Of a stretch of 64,000 nt of DNA, positions 1 to 8,980 are shown in pieces. Source of the stretch: a virus (lineage: Duplodnaviria > Heunggongvirae > Uroviricota > Caudoviricetes); IMG/VR virus record IMGVR_UViG_3300021387_000463, positions 235,001 to 299,000 of that record; one strand, given 5' to 3'. Under the pieces are notes generated by a model. The model saw only the letters and a list, made by a program, of their open reading frames with translations, was not told the origin of the DNA and searched no databases. The position numbers and the translations under genes are program-made. How positions within the stretch are numbered: position 1 is the stretch's first letter; each line of letters opens with the position of its first letter.

Positions 1-1
1 A

Positions 2-106
2 GAAATGAACTTGAAATATGTTGCCATTACAAGGGCAAAAAAAGAACTTATTTTCCTTGATTTGACAGAACAAGAATTGACAAAGAAAAAAATTACTACA
101 GATTAA
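2..106 (+). CDS. 3' end of SF1 (UvrD/Rep-like) helicase, partial
   Basis: Frame 2 reads EMNLKYVAITRAKKELIFLDLTEQELTKKKITTD*. YVAITRAK is SF1 helicase motif VI. Confidence 0.8.
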   Translation, partial: EMNLKYVAITRAKKELIFLDLTEQELTKKKITTD

Positions 107-126
107 TAAAAAAGTTGGGATAACAT

Positions 127-159
127 TTGGTTATCTCAATTTTTTTTCGTATCTTTGCA
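127..159 (+). promoter_or_regulatory. Bacteroidota sigma-A-type early promoter (TTTGG...TATCTTTGCA)
   Basis: tttggttatctcaatttttttttcgtatctttgca matches the -33 TTTG / -7 TAnnTTTG consensus. Near-identical copies at ~1220-1253, ~3069-3099 and ~3483-3516. Confidence 0.85.
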
Positions 160-189
160 CACATAAAACAATAATAGGAGATTTAGATT

Positions 190-513
190 ATGATTACAAA
201 AGCAGAAACATTAAAACTCATAAAAGAGAAAGTGGAGTCACGTGCCAATAACAAAGTGAAACTCAAGAAGCACGTGGAAACTACTTTAGAGGTTGGCATC
301 TTCAAGCATACCGAAAAGCGTGTGTTTAAGGAACTTTTCAAGAAAGGTAACTCAATTTATTGTGTTGACACGAACTACGAAGTTCACAATATCAATGAAC
401 TCGATTCTACGGCTCTCCGTACTATGCTGTGGCAGTTGATTACAGAGAAAGAGAAAAAGGAGATTGCTCTTGAGCATCTTTATGCAATTATGTCTTACCT
501 TAAAGAACTTTAA
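190..513 (+). CDS. hypothetical early protein
   Basis: 107-aa ORF directly after promoter, AT-rich leader. Confidence 0.75.
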   Translation: MITKAETLKLIKEKVESRANNKVKLKKHVETTLEVGIFKHTEKRVFKELFKKGNSIYCVDTNYEVHNINELDSTALRTMLWQLITEKEKKEIALEHLYAIMSYLKEL

Positions 514-516
514 ACT

Positions 517-1179
517 ATGGAATGTTACATTGAGATTAATGGGGTCAAAATGACCGAGAAAGAGTACAAAGAGTTCCGCAAGCAGAAGTTGGCTGCAAAA
601 ACCAAAAAGGTCAAGAAACCAAAGAGAAAACCAAAGGACGTAAACACCAAGGAGATTAGTGGTGTGGCATTACAGATTGAAAAGATGTTGAAGCCTCTCA
701 CAACCCTTAAGTCGTTCTCCGCATATTACGACCACGCATATCGTCAGTGGGGTACGATTGCGAGAGATATTCTCAACTTAAGAGAAATTCGTCCTCATTT
801 CGTCTTCTATCGTGTCAAGGTACGTGAACTTGAAGTACTCTTGGACGATATACAGAAGATGGCAAAGAGGAATGAAAGAGCAGCCTATCAGTATGTTGAA
901 AAGATGGTTTGGAAACTTGATGACATCAAGACAGACATCAACAACATCGCAAAGGGTGTGAATACAAGTGGTGTCATTCAGCAATTCAAGAACCATGAGT
1001 GCATCAACGGCAAAGGTCGCAGACTTGGACTTGAAACCCTTATGAACAGAACCATTAAGGCTATCTCAGAGATAGAAGATGTGATTGGTACACTACAGAA
1101 GATTGCTGATGATGGTGTAGATGTTATGAATGAGGGGGCACACATGTCACCAAGAGCAAGAGCAAGGTGTTGGGCATAA
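517..1179 (+). CDS. hypothetical protein (Lys-rich N-terminus)
   Basis: 220-aa ORF, 3 nt after previous stop. Confidence 0.8.
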   Translation: MECYIEINGVKMTEKEYKEFRKQKLAAKTKKVKKPKRKPKDVNTKEISGVALQIEKMLKPLTTLKSFSAYYDHAYRQWGTIARDILNLREIRPHFVFYRVKVRELEVLLDDIQKMAKRNERAAYQYVEKMVWKLDDIKTDINNIAKGVNTSGVIQQFKNHECINGKGRRLGLETLMNRTIKAISEIEDVIGTLQKIADDGVDVMNEGAHMSPRARARCWA

Positions 1180-1219
1180 TCTGATTCTCTTTAAATAATT
1201 GTTAAAACTGGGGTAATCT

Positions 1220-1253
1220 TTTGGTTATCTCAGTTTTTTTTCGTATCTTTGCA
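1220..1253 (+). promoter_or_regulatory. early promoter
   Basis: tttggttatctcagtttttttcgtatctttgca, almost identical to the copy at 127. Confidence 0.85.
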
Positions 1254-1272
1254 TCAACAATTAAAATAGATT

Positions 1273-1494
1273 ATGAAAGAAGAGACAAAGAAGAGGAAAG
1301 AACAATTGGTCGCAGAAATAAAAGATAAAATCCTTAAAAAAGGATATACTTTCTGTGATATGGGAAACGAAATGATTAATGAGAATGGGGAACTATTCTT
1401 TGTTAATTGCTTTGATGATAAAATCAAACTCTCAATTAGAATATCAGAAGATGATTTGAAATTTATCTTAGAAAACACAATTAAAACAGATTGA
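1273..1494 (+). CDS. hypothetical protein
   Basis: 73-aa ORF after promoter. Confidence 0.65.
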   Translation: MKEETKKRKEQLVAEIKDKILKKGYTFCDMGNEMINENGELFFVNCFDDKIKLSIRISEDDLKFILENTIKTD

Positions 1495-1880
1495 TTATGG
1501 AAAGGATAAGAAGAGAAATAAGAGGATTTTCATTTCAAGATACGTTGACATTGGATAATTTCAAAATCGTTGAATATTATCCATATACATCAATCGTAAA
1601 TTTACGCATTGTTGAATCGGACAGAGACGGACGTTCCCCATTTGACGAATGGCTTAACGCTCTGTGGGATGAAATATCAAAATGGCTTAGAGAAGAAAAA
1701 AATATAGAACCAGATAATAAAGTGGCAGTTAAATTAGTCCCAAAGGGCTTTAATCGAGAAATTGGAACCCTATTCTTCAACTCTGCATTGTATGTAGGAT
1801 ATAAAGATAATGTGGTCTCAATAGGTATGGGAGTGTGGCAACCTGACAACTATACGAAGAAATATAACAAAACATTTTGA
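1491..1880 (+). CDS. hypothetical protein
   Basis: 129-aa ORF in operon; ATG start likely at 1497. Confidence 0.7.
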   Translation: MIMERIRREIRGFSFQDTLTLDNFKIVEYYPYTSIVNLRIVESDRDGRSPFDEWLNALWDEISKWLREEKNIEPDNKVAVKLVPKGFNREIGTLFFNSALYVGYKDNVVSIGMGVWQPDNYTKKYNKTF

Positions 1881-2131
1881 TTATGCACAACGTTAATACG
1901 GAAAATAAGAATGTTCAAGTTGGTTATGAAAAAGGCAAGGTTAAATACTACCTTACAAAATCAACAGATGATTTGAAGATACCATCACTTGGTTTCGACA
2001 CACAAGAAGAAGCAGAACTTGCTGTGGCAGTCGCAAAAACCCTTAAAGCGTATGGGAAAGATATAAATAATCTCCACAAGGATATGGTTTATGTGCTTCG
2101 TACACTTGGAATCAGAAATGGATGGACTTAA
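1877..2131 (+). CDS. hypothetical protein
   Basis: 84-aa ORF in operon. Confidence 0.65.
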   Translation: MIMHNVNTENKNVQVGYEKGKVKYYLTKSTDDLKIPSLGFDTQEEAELAVAVAKTLKAYGKDINNLHKDMVYVLRTLGIRNGWT

Positions 2132-2140
2132 ATAAGTACA

Positions 2141-2171
2141 AAAAGGGGATAGAACTCAATCTATCCCCTTT
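2141..2171. terminator. bidirectional intrinsic terminator
   Basis: aaaaggggatag-aactcaat-ctatcccctttt between convergent genes. Confidence 0.8.
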
Positions 2172-2174
2172 ATA

Positions 2175-2417
2175 TTATACTAACTTAAACATTTCCTTGA
2201 AATACCTCTCGTTCAGACCTCTTGAAACGCCATCAAAGTAGCCGTGACTATCTACTATATCCTCCTTATTGGCTGATAATAATGGGTCAATCCAATATTC
2301 ATCACCAATCTTATCGAAGGTGTAACAATGACCTTTCTTAACCTTGCTGAAACGATGTTGTTTGCCATCACCTTCCCAAGTATAGGTCTCCTTAATACAT
2401 ATTGCTAATACACTCAT
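2175..2417 (-). CDS. hypothetical protein
   Basis: 80-aa ORF in minus-strand operon. Confidence 0.65.
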   Translation of the reverse strand: MSVLAICIKETYTWEGDGKQHRFSKVKKGHCYTFDKIGDEYWIDPLLSANKEDIVDSHGYFDGVSRGLNERYFKEMFKLV

Positions 2418-2450
2418 ATTAATATTATATAAGACTTAAAAAAGTACAAC

Positions 2451-2723
2451 TCACCCTATATACCTCCAAACACCATTATCTCTGATATAACGTTTGTCAC
2501 GCTTCTCAATCCAATGGTATGCTGAACGCAAGCACACATTAAATGGTACTACTTCACTATTCCAATATCCATCATAGCCAACAATGTATGACTTTCTTAC
2601 AGATTTATCATAGATAAAGATGCAGAAATCGCCTGCATTTGTCTTATGGTCATGAAATCTTACTTTCAAACCATTCTCCTTGGCAACTGCTTTTAACTTG
2701 TTAATCTCTGTTGTAATATCCAT
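2451..2723 (-). CDS. hypothetical protein
   Basis: 90-aa ORF. Confidence 0.7.
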   Translation of the reverse strand: MDITTEINKLKAVAKENGLKVRFHDHKTNAGDFCIFIYDKSVRKSYIVGYDGYWNSEVVPFNVCLRSAYHWIEKRDKRYIRDNGVWRYIG

Positions 2724-2738
2724 AATCTTATTTTCAAT

Positions 2739-2945
2739 TTAAATAAAACTCCATCTAACTTGCTTGTTTGGATTTGCGCCCAATTCACAAGCCTTTGAGA
2801 AAGCATCATCAAGATTCTCTCTGTCGCTCTTATTGGGGTCACAAACGTGGATAAGTTCTTTCACCTCGTAACGTTCAATGGTGCTCATGGAGAACATTTC
2901 CTTGACTTGCTTCACTTGATATTGAAACTTGATTCTCTTTCCCAT
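2739..2945 (-). CDS. hypothetical protein
   Basis: ORF (MGKRIK...) downstream of the minus-strand promoter at ~2970-3003. Confidence 0.65.
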   Translation of the reverse strand: MGKRIKFQYQVKQVKEMFSMSTIERYEVKELIHVCDPNKSDRENLDDAFSKACELGANPNKQVRWSFI

Positions 2946-3134
2946 ATACACTATATCTTATTAATGTAATGCAAAGATACGAAATTCCAGTGAGATAACC
3001 AAACTTATTAACACCATTTAAGAAAATGATATGATTGTGTTAATTAAATGTTAAAAAACTGGTTTCTCTTTGCCAATTCAATTTTTTTTCGTATCTTTGC
3101 ACCATCAAACAACAATTAATAACAGATTAAGATT

Positions 3135-3389
3135 ATGGCAAAGACAACAACAAAGGCAGCAACACGTCCTCTCTATGAGATTGCACGTGACATCAAGAAC
3201 GATTGGAAGAACGTATATTTCGGTGCAAAGCCATACCTCGATGCAATGGCTACGCTCGATTCTATCAACGACAACTATATGTTTGATTCAGCAAAGACCA
3301 TCGTGCTTTACTTCCTCGGCAACGCTTCTACATGGCGAGGTGAGACAGCAAAGCGCATCAAGGCTGAACTCAAAGCAATGGCAAAGTAA
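3135..3389 (+). CDS. small phage protein (RPLYEIA...YFGAKPYLDAM...FLGNASTWRG)
   Basis: 84 aa with its own promoter (3069-3099) and terminator; codon usage typical of high expression. Confidence 0.8.
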   Translation: MAKTTTKAATRPLYEIARDIKNDWKNVYFGAKPYLDAMATLDSINDNYMFDSAKTIVLYFLGNASTWRGETAKRIKAELKAMAK

Positions 3390-3414
3390 AGAACATTTGA
3401 CTATAAGCAATGTA

Positions 3415-3453
3415 GTGCTGATTGTCCGTGAGGATAGTCAGCACATTTTTTTT
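3415..3453 (+). terminator. intrinsic terminator
   Basis: gtgctgattgtc-cgtgag-gatagtcagcac followed by T8. Confidence 0.8.
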
Positions 3454-3539
3454 ATTATAAATCTAAAAAAAATCTGTTTTTGTTTGGCTAATCCAATTTT
3501 TTTTCGTATCTTTGCACCATCAAACAACAATTAAAGATT

Positions 3540-3842
3540 ATGGTAGACATTAGAGAAACATTTGAACAGAATCGTTCTGAAGCCTTGGAACTGATTGTCA
3601 AAAATGGGAAAAAAGACATTAGTGGGCAGTTTGTGTTGGAACTTAAAACGCCTATCCATGTGTGCTACAATGTTGTTAATGAGTGCGACATCACTGCTGT
3701 AAGGTGTTTCAGCAAAGATGATGCCTTAGAGGTTAGATGTGAAAACACAACTGATGAAGACGATGGTTGGGGATTTGAATCAACACTATGCTATGCAGAA
3801 AACAATGAGGTTTACTTGGAGATTGAAAGAACTTGCAAGTGA
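3540..3842 (+). CDS. hypothetical protein
   Basis: 100-aa ORF after promoter 3483-3516. Confidence 0.7.
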   Translation: MVDIRETFEQNRSEALELIVKNGKKDISGQFVLELKTPIHVCYNVVNECDITAVRCFSKDDALEVRCENTTDEDDGWGFESTLCYAENNEVYLEIERTCK

Positions 3843-4062
3843 ACTCCTTAGACTTAAAAAAGTACATCTATGCTCCTATCTGAATAAGGTAGGGGCATTT
3901 ATATTTTAATCTATAATAATACAAAAAATGGGTCATGTCTCACGGCATAACCCATCATCATTCACCTAAATTCACAATTATGACAAACAAATAGGTGCTT
4001 GGACTTATCACCAACATTACGTTTGCGCTACATTAAATGTGCCTTACACCCATTTCTCTTTG

Positions 4063-4158
4063 ACAAGGCGGTCGGATTCGAACCAACGTTATACAATCCA
4101 TGAAATTGTAGTCACATCTTTCTTGTGATGCCGCATGAACCAACTCTGCTACACCTTG
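4063..4158 (-). tRNA. degenerate type-II (long variable arm) tRNA-like gene, anticodon undetermined
   Basis: Acceptor CAAGGTG/CGCCTTG, D-arm GCAGAGTTGGTTCATGC, T-arm GTTGG-TTCGAAT-CCGAC, long variable hairpin TACAAT..ATTGTA. The anticodon stem GCATC/GATGT closes an 8-nt loop ACAAGAAA that lacks U33. No encoded CCA. Confidence 0.7.
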
Positions 4159-4564
4159 AAAATTGTGGAATAGTATCGTCACCACTGAATAGGTTACTTT
4201 CAAACCCTTTGTAGGCATTATTCTCTGTGCTGCCATTCTGCTATAACATACTCGTCTTGCACTTTAGAGCGAGGTAGGATTATAGGATGTGCTTACTTAC
4301 CATTTCAGTAGTCCTATTACTTTTATTGCACCTACTAGCTATATTTTTCCTAAATTACCAAATCAACTTACGCATGATTATTTCTTTATTTAATTGTTAG
4401 ACTTATTTAAGTACGTCTTACCATCATTGGTTGACGATGTAAAGATACGAAATTTATCTGAATTGACCAAACAATTTTCAAACTTTTTTTTATATCTTAG
4501 ACTTAAAAAAGTACGCACATATACATAAAAAAGGGAGGGCATTGCTGCTCTCCCTTGTTTGGCT

Positions 4565-5176
4565 TTAGTAAGCCATCGCCATTGCCATTTCCTCATGGAA
4601 GAGGACTGATGGCTCGATGATTCGTGCGCCTTGCTCGATGCGAGTGATGGTCTCCAACTGAGGGAGAATGAAGTACTGCTCATGTTCCTTGTCAATACCC
4701 ATTTCGATTTGGGTAGAGGACTGAGTGTGGCTGTCCTTTTTCATCCACTTGTCGATTGCAGCAACCTCGGCTTTTGTGGCAAGGTGGCCATCGAGATAGT
4801 AGGTGGTAGTGGTCTTGCAGCCAATCTGCTTGGCATTACGCTGCAACTTCAAATAAACCTTAGATTCGGTCTTCTTGTCTGTGCTGAACCACTCACCGAA
4901 TTGCTCACATGGCTTATGCCAAACCTTTTTGAGATTTGCTTCGGCTTCATCGTTACCCATGCGCTCTGCGGTATTTTCGAGGCTATTGGAATAGTCTGTG
5001 CCCATCACGTAGCCGCTATAGGTTTTCTCGATGATTACGCGACCCATGTACGGATTTCGGTTTTCACCTCGACCCTTATTCATGGCGGTATCGGCTGACT
5101 TGTTTACAACTATGGTGCTTGCTGCACCCTTAACGAACTCATTGGCAATTAAAGCCATAATTTCATTTCTCTCCAT
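4565..5176 (-). CDS. hypothetical phage protein
   Basis: ORF starting MERNEIMA, behind the minus-strand promoter at ~5263-5297; GC-richer codon usage. Confidence 0.8.
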   Translation of the reverse strand: MERNEIMALIANEFVKGAASTIVVNKSADTAMNKGRGENRNPYMGRVIIEKTYSGYVMGTDYSNSLENTAERMGNDEAEANLKKVWHKPCEQFGEWFSTDKKTESKVYLKLQRNAKQIGCKTTTTYYLDGHLATKAEVAAIDKWMKKDSHTQSSTQIEMGIDKEHEQYFILPQLETITRIEQGARIIEPSVLFHEEMAMAMAY

Positions 5177-5716
5177 ATCTTTTTGGATTAAAATAGTTAA
5201 TAAACAATGATGTATCAATCTCTAAAGAACGCTCGCCAAACCTCATTGTTTCTGTTTGACGATGCAAAGGTACGAAATTTCTCGCAAACTACCAAACTTT
5301 TTCCCAACTTTTTTTCAAAAAAATGCAATTTGGCGATATAAAGAACATTTTCTTTCCTATTTAGAACATTTTTCAATCATAAAAATGATATTAATTGTAT
5401 TTAATACACTTATTATTATACATTATATCATATATAGGTAATCACGCACATATATAGTCATAGAAATACGGATAATTCATTTTAAGGGCATTTTTAAGCC
5501 TTCTGACAGCCTTTTATATATCTCTCTGATAACTTTTACATTTCACTACCTAAAAATGCCTTAGAAAGCCTTAAAATAAGTCATTTAACATTTATAAAGA
5601 TTTGAGTATCAGATTCTTAACAAACGTTAAAGGTATATCCATGATGTTAGGTTTGTCATTTCCCATGTACTATATTAATGTAAACAACAACAAATAATTT
5701 ATTAATTAAACATCAA

Positions 5717-5905
5717 ATGAACATGAAACAGAACATTAACGTGATTAATTCAGTGATTAACGCTATCAGTGCTAACATTAACGTGATTGAAACGATATTA
5801 GCTGATACCAATAATGAAACGTTTTGGAACGATTTAGACAAGCTACAAGAAATAAGGTATTATTTAGATACTTTGAACAAAAAAACTGCCAAAGAATTGA
5901 TTTAA
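5717..5905 (+). CDS. small hypothetical protein
   Basis: 62-aa ORF with AT-rich leader. Confidence 0.5.
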   Translation: MNMKQNINVINSVINAISANINVIETILADTNNETFWNDLDKLQEIRYYLDTLNKKTAKELI

Positions 5906-6028
5906 ATCAAGGATATGGCATTTTTCTAATAAAAACAGAGAAAAAAGTTGTGTAATCCAAAAAAATGTATTACCTTTGCACTCGCAAACAAGAAACATTA
6001 GTATTCACCCTATAAAAATTAAAAAGTT

Positions 6029-6742
6029 ATGGCAAAATCAATCAATTTCAAAGAGAACAATTTTGTAGTGCGTGACGAATATGTAGAAATGCTCCGCGTT
6101 GAGGTAAACCGCTACAAGCCACTAACGCAAAGCGAGGTAGTAAACCTTATCAGCGAAGCACAGAATGGCTCTCAAGCGGCTCGTAAACAAGTAATTAATG
6201 CCAATCTTCGTCTTGTGTGGTCTATCGCGGCATCATACGGCACAATGATGGAATTTGCAGATATGTTTCAAAACGGCACTATCGGATTGTGCATGGCGGT
6301 TGATACTTTCGATGTTTCACGTGAAACAATGTTTTCCACATGGGCATTAGAGCAAGTGAGAAAATACATTAATATCGGCTTAGATACACAATCGAGGACC
6401 GTGCGCATGGGAGCGCATGAAATTCGTGCAAAAAAAACTAACATCGCTGCAAGCATGGATGCACCCATAGCAAGTGATGAAGATGGTGAAAAAACTTTAC
6501 TCGACACTTTTGCAAGTGATATGAAGTGTGACACATTTAGCGAGGTTCACGATATGCGTGTAAAATTAAATTACCTCTTCAGTGCTCTTAAACCCATTGA
6601 GAGAGAGGTTGTTTGTGGTCTGTTTGGACTGACTGAGGGCATGGAAACAGAATACACATTGTCAAAAAAATTCAACCTCACAGAAGAGCGCATCCGTCAA
6701 ATCAAGTGGGAAGCACTCGAAAAGATGAAGAAAATCGCATAG
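6029..6742 (+). CDS. RNA polymerase sigma-70 family factor (RpoD/RpoH-like regions 2 and 4)
   Basis: ARKQVINANLRLVWSIA...DMFQNGTIGLCMAVDTFD...FSTWA (region 2); C-terminal LTEERIRQIKWEALEKMK (region 4.2 HTH). Confidence 0.92.
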   Translation: MAKSINFKENNFVVRDEYVEMLRVEVNRYKPLTQSEVVNLISEAQNGSQAARKQVINANLRLVWSIAASYGTMMEFADMFQNGTIGLCMAVDTFDVSRETMFSTWALEQVRKYINIGLDTQSRTVRMGAHEIRAKKTNIAASMDAPIASDEDGEKTLLDTFASDMKCDTFSEVHDMRVKLNYLFSALKPIEREVVCGLFGLTEGMETEYTLSKKFNLTEERIRQIKWEALEKMKKIA

Positions 6743-6754
6743 AAAAATCTTTAC

Positions 6755-6785
6755 AAGCGGAGAGAGAAATCTCTCTGCTTTTTTT
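6755..6785 (+). terminator. intrinsic terminator
   Basis: aagcggagagag-aaat-ctctctgctt followed by a T tract, after the sigma gene. Confidence 0.8.
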
Positions 6786-6815
6786 ACATTTTACATGGTA
6801 AAAAATCTTTACACT

Positions 6816-6831
6816 TGTTTCACGTGAAACA
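6816..6831. promoter_or_regulatory. parS centromere-like site
   Basis: Perfect 16-bp palindrome TGTTTCACGTGAAACA, the canonical bacterial chromosomal parS consensus. Confidence 0.8.
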
Positions 6832-7205
6832 TTGTGGGGACACTACCCACTGGACCCCTCCCCACCTATGTCCCCTCCATCCCCAAGGGGGATTTTAACA
6901 CTTGTTAACAGAGGCAACAGTTTTGTAAATAAATTCCTGGGGAAAATTTTGTTTGTTTCCTGAGAGGGGGTGGTCCAAATTTATTCATGTGGTTATTCAA
7001 AAAAAAAATTCTGGAAAAAAATTCTTAATTTTTTCTAATGTTTGCTTTTTTTTTTTCGTCAATATAAATATTTCTTAATAAAAACAAAAAATCATTAACT
7101 AAAATTTGGAATTTAGAAAAATTTTATATATCTTTGCATTGGTTAACCAAACATAAAATAAAACATTTTAAAACCGCTGTGGCGGTATATCCACAGAATT
7201 TAAAA

Positions 7206-8105
7206 ATGAATAACATTAAAATCACGTTAAAAAGAGTCACTCCAGAAGTGGCTAATGAAATTCTTAAGGAAAAGAATACTGGAAATTACAGAAGTATGAA
7301 AAACGCTTCAAACCTTTACGAAAATGACATGAAGAACAAGAGGTGGATGTTCAATGGTGACACAATCCGATTTGACTGGAACGGAGTTCTTCTTGATGGT
7401 CAGAACAGATTGAAGGCAATTGCAGATAGCGGCATACCTCAAGAATGTATCTTTGTTGAAGGACTTGACCCAAAATGTGTACAAACAATAGATGTCGGAT
7501 ATAAGAGAAGTCCAGAAGATTATATAAAGTTCAGTATAAATCAAGGGCTTAACAAATACATTGATAATTTCGAAAAGATGTATCAAGCAGGAGCCACTGC
7601 TGTTGTGAAACTATCAATGACACTTTGTAGGGACAATAAACAAATTGGTCATTCACAAGCAAATGCAAGGATTTCCAATACAATGCTGATAGACGAGTAC
7701 ATGTCAGATAACACGCATTACAACGAATCAGCAAGATTTGGCAAAGAGATAAACAAGTTATCACAAGGCGTTCTAAAACCTTCACACGTAGGAGGTATAT
7801 ATCACTACTTAGTGTATCGAAAGACTGTTGATAAAGATTTGGTTACAGATTTCTTCAACAAACTTGCAAACTACTCAACATCTGATAAATCATTCTATGC
7901 AGAAGGCTATCGTCTTATCGAAGACAAGAAAGGACTGCTTGGAAGAAGTGGAAAAGCAATAATCAATGCATATATTCGAATATGGAATAGCAAGATGAGT
8001 GGGCAAAAGAAACATCTATTAGATTTGGACAAATGCGATACTTGGTTCATCATTCCAAACGAGAGGATTGATAATGTCGAACTTGAAACAGCAATGGCAG
8101 AATAA
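7206..8105 (+). CDS. ParB/Srx-like N-terminal domain protein
   Basis: NYRS...WMFNGDTIRFDWNGVLLDGQNRLKAI is the DGQ(H/N)RL ParB-like motif; promoter at ~7105-7138. Confidence 0.75.
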   Translation: MNNIKITLKRVTPEVANEILKEKNTGNYRSMKNASNLYENDMKNKRWMFNGDTIRFDWNGVLLDGQNRLKAIADSGIPQECIFVEGLDPKCVQTIDVGYKRSPEDYIKFSINQGLNKYIDNFEKMYQAGATAVVKLSMTLCRDNKQIGHSQANARISNTMLIDEYMSDNTHYNESARFGKEINKLSQGVLKPSHVGGIYHYLVYRKTVDKDLVTDFFNKLANYSTSDKSFYAEGYRLIEDKKGLLGRSGKAIINAYIRIWNSKMSGQKKHLLDLDKCDTWFIIPNERIDNVELETAMAE

Positions 8106-8160
8106 TAAAATGAGAGATACACCACCAACGTGTATCTCTCTTCAATAATTATTATACTTT

Positions 8161-8535
8161 ATGAGCGTACAATACAGATTGAATAAAATAGTTAGGATTA
8201 GGGATTTAAGAAATCTCGGACTAACAATTGAAGACCACAGAAAAGAGGTCGATTGTCATCCTTTTGTCGTGTTGAATGAGAAAGATAGTGGAGTGGCAAT
8301 TAGTAAAGTAATCACAAATGGGGATACCAATGAAAATAATTGGGAAATCAAAGAATTCGAAGGTAGAGGCTATTGTGGTGGTGCAGATGTAATGCTTGAA
8401 ATCTGTGACAAACTTGATTGCAAGTTTATTACTGATGAAGACATTGATTACTTGTTCCACGAGAACAAAGAAGAAATAACTGAAGAAATGTTCAATAGAA
8501 GAACAGAAGAGTATAGGAAAATAATAGAAAAATAA
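8161..8535 (+). CDS. hypothetical protein
   Basis: 124-aa ORF. Confidence 0.7.
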   Translation: MSVQYRLNKIVRIRDLRNLGLTIEDHRKEVDCHPFVVLNEKDSGVAISKVITNGDTNENNWEIKEFEGRGYCGGADVMLEICDKLDCKFITDEDIDYLFHENKEEITEEMFNRRTEEYRKIIEK

Positions 8536-8625
8536 TGGATTTAAAGATGATTTTTAAGAGCAATCATAATAGTGGTTGCTCTTTCTTTATGCGCTGAATT
8601 TATTAGGTATATACCAATTTATTTT

Positions 8626-8973
8626 TCAATATCGCCCTAATATTCTAAATTTTCTCCACATCATTCTATACTTATTCATTTCGTCTCTTGTAGGAGTTCT
8701 GATTACGTCTTGTGCGTTTGTAAGGTGCAGTTCATATATGTTTTTACTATATGGTTTATTATGGGGATACACTTCTGCTGAGAATAGGCTATAGCACGGT
8801 AGGTGATATATTTCGGATTCTCCTAGTGGAATATTATCTCTTTTATTTCCCACCTTTTGTAGTTTTTGAATCCACACATAGGTGCGATGTCCAACTTCGC
8901 TTCCGTTATGTGATTCAAATGCTAGGTATTCTCCTATATGTTTTTTCAGCTCTTTAATGGTTGTGATATTCAT
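8626..8973 (-). CDS. hypothetical protein, paralog of 9802-10158
   Basis: Shares ITTxxELxKHxGExLxF and AQxxxRxPTxxEMxxY...RIxG. Confidence 0.75.
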   Translation of the reverse strand: MNITTIKELKKHIGEYLAFESHNGSEVGHRTYVWIQKLQKVGNKRDNIPLGESEIYHLPCYSLFSAEVYPHNKPYSKNIYELHLTNAQDVIRTPTRDEMNKYRMMWRKFRILGRY

Positions 8974-8980
8974 AATGATA

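Larger units (their letters stand above)
2124..4514 (+). repeat. five dispersed copies of RGACTT-W4-AAGTAC
   Basis: GGACTTAAATAAGTAC at 2124-2139; AGACTTAAAAAAGTAC at 2432-2447, 3850-3865 and 4499-4514; AGACTTATTTAAGTAC at 4399-4414. Confidence 0.85.

Noticed and set aside
3070-3534. 154-aa ORF overlapping 3135-3389
   Set aside because: It starts inside a promoter and runs through a terminator; it is a shadow frame of the real 84-aa gene.
4033-4236. 67-aa minus-strand ORF
   Set aside because: It overlaps the tRNA-like structure and has no protein-like features.
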